Shown here: positions 44,338-55,757 of the stretch, piece after piece
How the letters are laid out: each line of letters starts with the position of its first letter
How positions within the stretch are numbered: position 1 is the first letter of the stretch
Assembly: GCA_038496445.1 (NCBI GenBank)
Contig: JALMLS010000466.1
Span: 186,001 to 250,000, forward strand
Source of the DNA: Trichosphaerium sp. ATCC 40318
Lineage: Eukaryota > Protista > Tubulinea
DNA: 64,000 nucleotides
Reading direction: 5' to 3'
Translations under genes and position numbers: made by a program
The notes under the pieces: generated by a model
What the model saw: only the letters and a program-made list of their open reading frames with translations
Told to the model about the DNA's origin: nothing
The model's database searches: none

Positions 44338-47300
44338 TTAAGCCATTACAAGATCATAAGCGTGATAGGCAGTACCTCTATCTACCAATGAGCAACCGTT
44401 ACAGCATTCAACCTTTGTCTGACAAAAACACTGGCCAGCGCGTATGTCATTATAAGTGATGCTGCGATCGAACATTGTAATCTTGTCTGTGCATTCAGGA
44501 TCCAAGCTAGCAGCCATAGCACACTCTGATGGGAAGAAACCATCAGTTTTTTCTTTTCTGCCATCGAATCTAAGTTGTTTATGACATAGCGCAGAAACTT
44601 CGTTATTTGTTCCATTACAGCTGTAATGGTTCTCTCCGTTCACTTTAGTCCAACTGTTCTTTGCGCCGTTGCAAGCCATACTCGACTGTTTGTTGATTAA
44701 CGTAGGTACCTCTGGCTTGTCAACTACTACAGGTTCAAGGTCACAGTTTATACAATCTTCAGAGAGCGGCCAGCTTGGTATGGTTGTAAATGATAAGTCT
44801 TTGTTGAGTTCTCTTGTTTTGCAGTCGATACATCTATCTCCGTGTCTCCATGGTATTTCTTTTACTGTCTCTGCTTCATATCCCGGAAATACACGGCCAG
44901 TTCCTCTCACGTAACATGTGGCTCTATAGGCGGGATCATCCTCAAAGACTATCTCTGTTTCTCCAAAGGTATCGGAAGGTATTCTTGCTACTACAGAGAA
45001 ACAAACGTTTATATCTTCAGGGTTTTCTATTGCCGTAAAGTTGTCGAAGTTCTCAAAACAACCGTTGTCAACAAGTGACGCTTCTTCTGCGTATATTGAT
45101 GCAACTGATAGAGGCATAACAGCGATACCATAACAGTTTGAACCACATGTTCGAGCGCAGTAAGACAAGTCAGTGTAGATTTTAGTACATGCTAAAAAAA
45201 CAGTATTAGAAAATGGTTTTTGAAAGTAAAGTTCGTACTTCCGGCACTTCTGTAGTCTGGGAAGTAACAGTGATCCACACGCCTAAGCAAAAGTATAAGT
45301 ACAATAGATATTCATGTATTTTAAAGAACGTACGTGTATGATGTCACATTTTCTTTAATTCCGTAAATATTCTCAACTTGATGATCAACATAATCAATAT
45401 CTGTACAATCACGATATCCATTCCAGTACCAATGAACAATATACCTTCCCTTTTCAGAGCGTTCAGGCATCTTAATCTTGACAACATCAGAATCTTGATT
45501 TCTCTTGATGTAATGTCTATCTCTGTAAACACCTTCAATCCAAGGCATATCTGGATGTTCGTATTCAGCGTAATTGTCTTGACGAAACTCTGGTTTGTAT
45601 TCAAACAACTTTGCGTTAGCTCCCCATGCTCCAAAAGCTTCTGGTCGAGGTATAAAGTCAGGATCAGTCATGGGAATCTCTGGTCCTAAGTAGGAGTCTC
45701 CATCTGCTGCACCACGGTTTTTAAAACGTCTGTGTACAACACGAAGTGTTGAGATTGCTGATGCAGGCGCTTCGTTAAAGTACTGTTGAAACAGCTTGTT
45801 TGAGTGGAGTTTTAATTTATCCTCGTTATCCTTGTGAACAATTGCAAAGTAAGATACACTTCCGTGACCTTGAACATTTTCTAGTTCAAACTCCTGACCA
45901 GGACCAACTTGGACGTGAGGTCCCTCTTGAATAACAGGCGGACAAGGTGTTACTGTGCTCGCACGTGGTGATCGGCTAACGCTTGTAAGCCAGTTGTGTC
46001 CGTGAGCCGAAGGCAATGCAATGAGAGCGATGAGTAGTAGTCCAAGGATAAATGGAGTTGAAGTGCGACCGTTTTGGGATGTGAATAAAGCCATACCGAA
46101 TGTGCACAAGCAAAGCAACAAAACGGAGATGATTGGGCGGGAGGATGAAGATGAGTCATTTGGATCGTCGATTGGAGATCCACTGTCGGATGGTATAGTA
46201 GTATTATCTACTGGTGCTAGGGTAGCATCCAAGCATCGACAAAAGCGCATGCTTAGAGAAGAAGTTAGTAAAAAACAAAGAAGAAAAGTTAGATGTAAAC
46301 ATACCCGTCTTCATCACTTGTACTCTTTGCATCACAAGTTACTGCATCGTTAGACCGGCCTTGAGCTCCACATCTTGTATCATCGTAGTAGCAAAACCCT
46401 TCTGTACTTTGTGTTGTACCAAGAGCGCTACATCCGCTGAGGAAGGGTTTCGTGCATAAAAAGCCAGCTACTTTCAATTCGGAGATAATGTTATCAATGC
46501 TGTTTATACTCTCCAAAGATACCAAGTCACATTGAAGATTTTCCATCTCACATCGCTCAGTACAAGATTGGCCAACCTTTGAAAGAATTAGACATTAAAT
46601 AATTAGTTATTAGCACAGTACCTCAGATTGGAACCATCCTGTGTTTGTTGGAAGTGACTCACTTGACTCTGTCATTGTGAAGTCGCCATCCATATTTGGC
46701 CACCAAAAGTCACCAGTATTGGCATCACCGCTCTTTATGAGTGCTCTGAAAGTTATTTTTCCAGTACCCTTTGGTGGAGCTACAAACGCAATAGTCGATC
46801 TCAAAGGCTTCAACTGAGCACTCGCGTGCATCAACGTATGAGCGCAAGTTTGATGATCAGAATCCCAAGGCAACTGAAATGTGGCTAAACATACGTGTAA
46901 GTTCATGTTTCGGTTCTGTAAACATCACTGCGGTAAAAAAAGATGAAAAAAAGCTTCGACAAAGATGTGACTAAGAAAGTAATTTAATTTTTGTTTACGC
47001 ACGTGGGGAATCACTTGATAGCTTCCATTCCCCTACGTGATTATTGTTCGAATCTTCGGCATACCTTAAAAACAATATTAGTCAGTTGCTCATGGAGAGG
47101 GAACCCAAAAAGGGCAAGATGACAAAAGATAAAAGTGATCGTACATCATCAACCCTCTGTACTTCGACCGGTACTTTGTGGTAAGTACGGTTACTTCGAT
47201 GATACTCCCAGGCACATACTCGGTCTGTGGGCTATCCTGTGGGCCAACGAAAACCTTGTAGTCATCAGTCCGGACTGTCTTTGTCGCCCAACTCATGAGT

Positions 47301-47521
47301 GGTTCTGGTATAGTTTCACATATCAAGCGGTCTGGTACTTGCACTTTCACGCCATTTTGGGTTACTGTTTTGTTCTTCCAATCAGTCGGAGGGCATCCCC
47401 AGTCAGTAGCTGTAACGTTACAATGGAAGATAGTATCAGGACTAGCGCTTGAAGCGGAAAAGGAACTCGATACAAAGAAGACTAAAGTGATAGTAACAAT
47501 GCAGTATAACGCTGCTGACAT
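44338..47521 (-). CDS. Secreted/membrane multidomain protein: signal peptide, Reeler domain, Cys-rich linker, two internal hydrophobic helices, His-first LPMO-like domain, Cys-rich C-terminus
   Basis: YVPGSIIEV...YRGLMMY and FVAPPKGTGKITFRALI (Reeler); PSAHG|HNWL; GRYIVHWYWNGYRDCTDI. The splice across the internal junction is in frame (DEDG|MRFCRC). Confidence 0.7.
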
Positions 47522-48954
47522 GGCTCACTAGGGTAGAAATTTAGACTTAACTTTGGTGTGGCTAAGAACAAAAATAGCTCTGGCTTGTCAAAGCAAATAC
47601 ACGTGCGTAAAATTATTTAAAGGTATTTTAAGATTTAAATTACAAGCTTATTTACCTTCGTTTTGAACCTTTTGTGATGCAAGTGTTGTTATTAGCGTGG
47701 TATGTTTGAATAAAAGAAAAAAAGACACAAAAGAAGCACATCAAAAATGTGTTTCGGTAAGAACAGAGAATTTTGAGTTTGTACAGAGAATTCGTAGGTT
47801 GTCGATACGGAGGTTCATCTGCTCACTATTGTAGAAAGGAACAGCGTATGATTTGGGTTACATATGACGCGAGCCACTCCGAACAATTCGGATAAACCTT
47901 CCTACTAGCGTGTAACAACAATTTTACGCTATAGCTGCACGTTGCAATGCTCTACGGAAATAATACGCCACTTTTTATTTGATAAAATAACAAAACTTCG
48001 TGCGAATTGTCATCACGTGATAATTTACACATTTTTTGGATATTTTGCGTTGTTTTAGTAAAAGTTGTATTGTTTGAAAACGTGATATAAAGTACAAAAT
48101 GTTTTTGTAGGCGCGCCTATGTGAATCCAAAAATATTATAGAAACAGCGTACAGACGTGTATAGGCATCTAAAATTTGTCGTCATTACCACTCAGCAAGT
48201 ACTGTAACTTATATACTACACTTTCCCTATTGTTACAATATTCATACTTTTACAAAAGCCTGACAATGGATTAAATGCTGGCTTCAGGTATACAGGGTGC
48301 TATTTTCAAAACAAAAGTATTGTGATTGTTTCTCAAACCCAAACTCGCGACGAAGTTTATCTTACAAGAAGTAAAGTTGTTATAACACGTCATTAACGAC
48401 GTATTCGTATTCTTGAAGATTCCAACCATTAAGAGCCGTATGGAGCGTGAGGATAAAAGTGTTTTAATATCACACTCTTCAGTAGTTGTGAACTCAATGG
48501 AGTCACGTACTAGTCAGGTTTCTTTTAGCGATCAATTCACTCTCACAAGTGAGGGATACTAAAGGCAAATGTATGCTTCTGTAGACGACACATTTTCCAC
48601 AAAATGTGTATGAAAATCCTCCCAAGATTCTTTGTCTTCTCAGTTTTTGTTCAAAACAATTCGAGTATAGGAACCTCATATTAGAGTGCTGTTCGCTTTC
48701 AGTCAGTCCGTTTGCTTCGTTCGGGACAAAAAACCCGACCTTCCTCACAAAATGTCATCCAATGTTGGGTATCGCGGTTATTTTAATTGTGCGAAGTAGT
48801 AAATCTGTTAGAGTTGTATTGAAACAGTATCCGTGGTGTAGAGTAAGTAATCTTCAACCTCGAGAATCTTGATTGAACTGAAAGTGATACTAGTAATACT
48901 GAAACTGACACTAGTAATAGTAGGAGTTTATTGTTAGACATTTTCTCTTTTACT

Positions 48955-49031
48955 TTGTACATTGGTTTTTTTTTTCAAGTGTAATAATTCCGCAAGAGGG
49001 TTTAAAAACTACACCTTCATATCGTGTACAA
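48955..49031 (-). promoter_or_regulatory. SECIS element (form 2) in the 3' UTR of the deiodinase-like gene
   Basis: AUGAA-GGUGUAGUUUUU-AAA-CC(N7)GG-AAUUAUUACACU-UGAA: GA/GA core, 12-position helix II with two U-U pairs, apical AAA; helix I UUGUACA/UGUACAA. Confidence 0.88.
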
Positions 49032-49072
49032 GAAACAAAAAAAATTCATTAGAATCAAATATCTAAGCCAAT

Positions 49073-50628
49073 TCATTTACGTGGAAACTTTGTTACCAAC
49101 CACTGACGGACATCTTCAACGTGCTCGCTGGTATATCCCAAAGTGCCAGGTACAGCCTAAAAGAAGAAGAAAAAAATAAGTAAAGACATCAAGACAATGT
49201 GCAAACATTGGTTCGTACAATGCTAGCTAGCTTGCTTTCCGCATCAACAATGTAATATCTTTCAGGCCAAGCAGCGTAAGCTTCATGGAAAGGGTTATCA
49301 ATATCATCAACCTAAACAGACTATAAGCACAACCAGACATGTTGAAAGCTCACTAAAAACAAAAAAAACATGTGCGTACAACTACAGGCATGGTAACGCT
49401 GTATTTTTTTGAAGTTGTTTCGCTGCTTCTATACGTTCTTGTACAGTCTTGTGTTGGTTGACTACCACCTAAAACAACACGCTTTAATAATCACAGTTTC
49501 AACATATAGTAGAAATCGTACCTTAGTACCTAGTGGCCATTCGTCTGCTGCATGTGCCTCCATAAGGTAAACCATTACGAAGTTACATTGCTCAGAAAAT
49601 TGCTTTGCTATTTCGTTAAAAACAGGCAAAGCATTTCTCATTGGGGGTCACGTATGTGAGCCTGTTAAAAAATACAATCAGTTCACGCAAAAAAATTAAA
49701 GTCACATTATTCAGGAACATCTTGTGTGCGACCTCCTCGTAATGTGTAGCTGGTACACAAAAATTACGGAAATAAAGTGTGGGTAACAACGGTATCAGTG
49801 GCATTACTGTAGCTCCTTCCATAGAGGAGCAATCACTGCTCTTTTTTCATTTTTTTGTAAAAGAAAAATCAAAAACTTACCAGCGATAATGACACAAGGC
49901 TTTCCAGAACCAATGCCAGCCAATTCATGCAATTTAACCTTAAAACAAAAAGTCAATAAGGTGATAATAGCGTTTTCTGTGAATAAAGCAACTCAAATAT
50001 ATAAAGAGTTATATGTGCGACTCTAACAACTTCAAAAAAAACACAAAAAAAACCCACAAAATCTTTTGTACCTTTTTGTTTTCCAAGGTAACAAGTCCAC
50101 AGTTTGGAGCAGTTGAACCAATATTTAGGGTTCCTTTATTACTTCTATCGTATTTGATGTACAACGCAGCTTCTGTTGATGCACACTTAGCATTTATCCC
50201 AAAATAGTCAGCAAGACGTACCTTTAACGTCATTATCATCATCGTATAATCCTCTTTGCGCTCTATACTTTTCTAGGCTGTCTTCGCCAAATCCAAACTC
50301 TTTAAGGACTTTCAACTGAATTTTAGTTTCAATAGACAACAACCATTCTGCTTTGTCCTTTTTAGAGTATTGTTCTTGAAACTAAACACAAAGTTAACGT
50401 CTTTATTCATATCGTCCAAAAACGTTATTTTTGGCGTTTGTTTTACCTCTTTAGAGCGTCTGTAGTCTGTTTCGGCTTTTAACATCTTTAATAGCGTCTC
50501 TTTTGCAATTTTCGTTTCAGACGCCACGATGGGTAAGTAGTCAAAGATTTCCTTCCCTGAGGAATCGAAAAACATCTAATAAACGTTAACTGCGTTTTTG
50601 CTTTAAAAAAAGGTCCACAAACATCCAT
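49073..50628 (-). CDS. Iodothyronine-deiodinase-like selenoprotein (Sec TGA at 49650-49648)
   Basis: Spliced reading GKPCVIIAG-SHT-U-PPMRN, YLMEAHAADEW, VDDIDNPFHEAYAAWPERYYIV, plus a downstream SECIS. Confidence 0.9.
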
Positions 50629-51640
50629 GGCGGCTATATTTGGGTATAGATTACTTTAGAGACGACATACTTCCATGGTTGGCACACTATGAGATTGTAT
50701 AAGTCGTAAACGTCGTTAAGTCGCTTGTTCAGGTAAACAACTCTAATAATAAAACCATTGCTATTGTAACCATGGAAATTGTTGTCAGTACTAGTAAAAG
50801 AAAACTCCAATGAAACCATGAGTGTCATGAGATAAATACTCTTTGCAATTTTTTGTGAGGGAATGACGTGCAAGTTTAATCTTTTGATTGATTCTATATA
50901 ACAGATCCTTGTCACCAACCACGCCTATGGCCATGTGCACTACTTCAGCATTGGTAAGCGATTTACAAACTTCCGCGGTAACTGGCAGAAGCTCAGTCAT
51001 GTCAATCTCAATTATGTCGTCTGCGATGCTTTACTCCTTTTAGCGAGATAATATTTTAGCGCTTGACATCCAATCACGTGTGCACTTTTCCAAATGCTTT
51101 TACTGTTCTGTTGTCCACCTATCAAAATTCTTGCGCGGTATAACTTAGGCGCAAAGGCAATCTCTCACACCCTCATGTTGAACATTTGAAAATACTTGCG
51201 ATAGATCTAACGAGCATATTGTAACGGTGCGTAAGGTCATTACTGAGGTATGAGTTTCACTCTTTTGATACCTTTATCCTGATTACTAGATCCTATATAC
51301 GAGTCCACAACTTTAGCCGTTCAGGTGCTGCAAGCAGTGTACTTTTCGGAACGAATAACTTCAGTCTGCCTTACACGCATTAAACAAATACACTCCTTTG
51401 ATGTGTAACTTGTTTTTGAGCTCCTGTAGAGAACACACGTAGGTTTAGGTGTAACGGGCAGCTCAGTTCATACGATAAAGTAAAAATAGAGCTTTCCTAT
51501 TTTTTTCTGATAAAAATATCCAAAAAATCCACAGCACGAAAACCACTGAAATCGACACCGTTGGTAGTTTTATGTGCGATATACGCCAGTAGCGTGCTCT
51601 GTTTTTTATGAAAAAATAAAAGCTTCTAGAAGCTTCGATC

Positions 51641-51680
51641 TCCCACAATTTATTTTTTCTACAACTTTATGGGTATAAAA
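51641..51680 (+). promoter_or_regulatory. Type-3-like promoter: TCCCACAA (51641-51648) plus TATAAAA (51674-51680)
   Basis: Same motif and spacing as the RNase MRP and RNase P promoters in this window. Confidence 0.7.
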
Positions 51681-51701
51681 AGAAACGAATATATTCTAGA
51701 T

Positions 51702-52032
51702 ATCAGATGGAAGTAGTTCTCCACAGCTAGTTTCGGTTTGACTAACCGAAGCGACTCACACAAACCCCCCTTAACCTTTCGTAGTGGCTGACGAAAGTAG
51801 ACACATAATGGTCGGTCTATAAAACCAACACAAAAAAAAAAAAAAAAAGAAAAGTAACAAATCTATGAGCGGCTTCCGTGATCTGAAAGTATCGGTGAAC
51901 ATAGAACTTACTTGGTACCCACAAAAAAAAGAATTCTCAAAAAAATATCCAGCGGCCTTACCTAGGAAGTGCATCTGAATGAAAACAAATAAAAATACCG
52001 TGTCCTCACCTAGGGAGGATACTTTTGTTTTT
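51702..52032 (+). ncRNA. Unannotated structured Pol III-type ncRNA; candidate telomerase RNA
   Basis: Upstream element plus TATA; long-range pairings of the 5' end; boundary hairpin; template-like AACCCCCCTTAACC; pseudoknot; terminal hairpin followed by TTTTGTTTTT. Confidence 0.6.
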
Positions 52033-52453
52033 GTTACAAAGACAACATATCTCCAAGTACTCGGATATTAAGAAGCCCCATTAATGTAGTAACTACAAGC
52101 ACAGCGAACTGTTTTAATGAACGTAAATAGGTGGTCAAAGACGCGTGATTATGGCCACAGGCAAAATGGGTGATTTCAAGTGTAGTGAATCGCACTTGCA
52201 ATCAAGAACAAATTCTAGTTTTAAAAGTCTCTTTTTCATTTTTTGCAAAGCGCATTCACCGTTTTTTCTACAAGTGTATAGAAGAACAATATCTTACAAG
52301 GCTTTTCTGTAATTAACTGTTCATCTCAAGTGTACTCAAAAACTCATAGCGATCTTGCTTATGTAGTTAGAATTGTGAAAAGCCAGCAAGTCAGCAGACA
52401 CCAAAATCCAATTTCACGAACATTGTTTACTGTGTTTTTTTATTGTTTTAATC

Positions 52454-54392
52454 TTACAAGTCTTCAAAGAATCGCATATTTGGATCTAGTCTGTCTTTTC
52501 TTTCCTTCATATTTACACGAAGCTGTTTTCCAAAAGCAAGAGGCGCTTGGTAGTTACCCAAATCCTCAAATGAATCTTCTTCTGAATCTTCAAAAGAACT
52601 TGAATCACTCATACTATCATCTGAATCGCTTTCTTCCTGATCTTCTTCATCTCTTTCTAACTCAATCTCCATCTTACTTGGCGCCTTGATAATGGTGTTA
52701 TTCGGACACATGTGGATTTTTAATAAAAACATACGGGAGGCATGCTAGCCATAAGTTCTTTTTCTTTTTCTTTTCTTTCAACATCAAAATTATCATCAAG
52801 GATCTTCATGTTCCAAAACTTTACATAGGAAAGACCTGCTGATGCAATCAAGTCTGGGTTATGGTTTGATTTTTTCATATCTAGTATTGTATCCTCATTA
52901 TGATCTCCCAAAATACCCAAGACTTTGTTCGGAAACAAGTTAACCATCCTTTAAAAAAAAAGTAGAGTAAGAAAAAACAATTTCATTGAGCCAGAGATAT
53001 TCCCAAAGACAATTTTGAAGCAAATCAATAAAATGTTTCAGCCTCAAAATATTATTCATCAACGTCATTAAGATTCTATTCTAGAAAGGCAAGCAAATAG
53101 AAAAAAAACAAAGATAGATAAAATGCGAATTTTGTGCTTTTTCGTGCTCCTAAGTTTCTTTTTCGGTTTTCTCAAAGCAATTCTTTGTGATTTGTAGTAT
53201 TCATACCTTATAATACCATCCTCAGCAGCAGTTACGCATGTATCCAAATTATATGGAACAACAGCTGATACTTCCTCTGGATGCCTCTTTAACTTCTCAA
53301 TAGGAATACCAAAATCGCCCCAATTATACAACATAAGCTCTCCTCTATCATTACCAACAATAAATTTTGTACCCATCTACAATAAGTATAAACATATACG
53401 CACATACACAGAAAACTTAAGAAATAAAAAGCAACACCAACAAAGGGTGCACGTCGTGTTTAAAATCAATTCTTATTTTTTTTTCTTTTTCTGTTCAAGA
53501 AATACGCACTTGAGTCTCCATAGTCGTCATACATCTGAATTCTGTTTTGTCGTCTCTTTCACTTAGATACTCGAGTTTTTTTGTTTTTGTATTGTACACT
53601 TGAATACCATCCGTACTCATGACTATTAGATATTTACCTCGCTCATAACTTATCATTTGTAGAATTTGTTCGCTCTGTTCTTCAAGCACACCTGTGCATC
53701 TACCACTCCTCAAATCCCATGTTTTTACTACACCATCTTCATCACCTGTAAACACTCTTGTGTTTCCAGAAGGTGGTACAGATATACATGTTAAAGGAGC
53801 TCTAAAACAAAAATAAACACATAAAACAAGAAGCTGATTTGAGTTTTTGTCACAAAGTTGTTGCACGTGTAGCTTTCTAAATCACGCGTAGAAACCATTT
53901 TGGTATGCGAGATTGTTTTCTCTAACGTACTCATGTGCATTATTGTATCTTTTAAGTGTTTTACCGGACGTTATGTCCATTGTACAAAAATTTCCGTTAG
54001 AAAGTCCAAAGAAGGTGCCTTTAAAAAAAAACACGTGAGAAGTGGAGTAGAGCTTTGTACATATTTTTCTGTCAAAATTACATACGTTCTCCGTCATTTG
54101 AGAAACAAAGATCGCGAATTGTCGCCTCAGATTCACTATTCCATACAAGTTTTTTCTTGGGTTCTTCTTTGGTGATTACTTCGTTCCTTAGGTAACTTTA
54201 GATCAAATAAAACGTTATTTAATGCATACAAAGTTGCTGAACCATTTACAAAACCCAATGCGAGTATATTCTTCGTAGGATGAAAGTCTAGGCAGAAACA
54301 AGGTGCTGGGAGCGTAATATCTAACGGCGTGTCGTCTCTTGCTTCCCGCTGCGTAAAGAATTAACTGAGGGTTATACGTACGCGCGTACCAT
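52454..54392 (-). CDS. WDR55: WD40 protein WDR55-like
   Basis: CFCLDFHPTKNILALG, NAHE, TGDEDGVVKTWDLR, DGIIR, NLFPNKVLGILGDH, acidic tail ending FFEDL. Confidence 0.85.
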
Positions 54393-54473
54393 CACGGATA
54401 ATGATTTGTTACAGTTTCTGGTAGAAAAAAAGAAATTAGAGAAATTTAGACTTTTTTTCAAACATAGACAACA

Positions 54474-55416
54474 ATGAAGCTACTCCTGTCCATACTACTT
54501 TTAAGCGCTATCGCGTGTGTTGCAAATGGTGTTACAACACTACCACCAACTGGTTCCCCAACAACTGTTTCACCAACTGGCTCACCAACAACTGGTCCCC
54601 CTGCAGAACCATCTAATACAACGCTACCACCCACAACTGTACCACCTACTACAGAAGCACCAAGCAATGGTACAACACCCTTGTCAAAGTGCAATGCGCT
54701 CAGTGGCTGTGATAAATGCTCAGGAGAGTGGGATTGCGTTTGGTGCGAAAGAGATAAGCTTTGCACCTCCGGTAAAATCACTGGCACCTCCCTATGCGGT
54801 GATTGGCGTTGGAAGCAATGTAAACGTAAGTTTTTGTTCCTGTTTTTACACTGGTATCTCTGAAATCGTAAATTCCATTTCAAACGCTATAAAAACACCT
54901 ATTGGCGAATATTTTTGAATAGTTACGCTACTATTCAGCAAATGGTTAAAGAACAAAGCATTAACAGTTTAAATTATAGTTAGCGGTGTATACGCGCTAC
55001 TTATAGGCGCTGCAGGCGTGACATTCTTGATTGTATTCTGTTGCGCATTAATTTTATGCTGCTGTTGCTGCAGGCGCAAAAAAGCGCCAAAGGAGTACAC
55101 TTCAATGTCGTACATTGGAACGTACGTGCCGTTTCAATCGCTTTTTTAGTTCTTTCTTGAATCGACTCAAACGAACGTAGTAATGAGTCTGACGCTTCTA
55201 TATCGTCAAGGAAGACACCAAAAACTGATAAAAGACGCTCTCAAATTTATGCCAAGTATGGTACGTAATTCGCTTAAAAACGGGATTCTATTATCCTTGT
55301 GGTTCTCACGTATGTATTAATAGCTGGTCAAAAGAGTACAGATAGTATTGGGTACGTTAATCCGCTCCTGTATGATAGTGATAGTCTCTAATTATTTTTT
55401 TAGATACCACAACTAA
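54474..55416 (+). CDS. PSI-domain single-pass membrane protein (PTTG1IP-like) with mucin-like Thr/Pro stalk
   Basis: Signal peptide; C..C....CVWC....C...WRWKQC; TM helix then CCCCCRRKK; RRSQIYAKYG tail. Confidence 0.8.
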
Positions 55417-55757
55417 AGTTGTGCTAAATTAGTGATGTACTCGTCACGTAAAGCATTAGGTATCGTTTGTGTTGTAAACAAAAAGAAGGCATGATTGTAA
55501 AATACAGCTTTGTTATCACAACCCGTTCTTATATTAACCAGATACCTACTACTTTAGTGACTCAGTTCAAGTGTATTTCGTATGAAGTAGTGTTGTTAGA
55601 TGAGAGAAATCTACATTTTTTCCCAAGTCGACTTATTTTCATTGAATGTTTGAAACAAAAACTATTTGGTCCAACCAAACATGCAATAACTAATACAATA
55701 CTTTAAAATGATTAACATGGGTCTGTACTACAGCACCCATGTCCCACTCTATTCAAA

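Noticed and set aside
48400-48940. Signal-peptide-like start MSNNKLLLLLVSVSVLL on the minus strand
   Set aside because: All continuations hit stops; at most a decayed gene.
50634-51070. Overlapping minus-strand ORFs
   Set aside because: Interrupted by stops and frameshifts, with no recognisable family.
51702-52032. Alternative identity as SRP, U3 or a spliceosomal snRNA
   Set aside because: No SRP helix-8 motif, no U3 boxes, and no U1/U2/U4/U5/U6 signature sequences seen.
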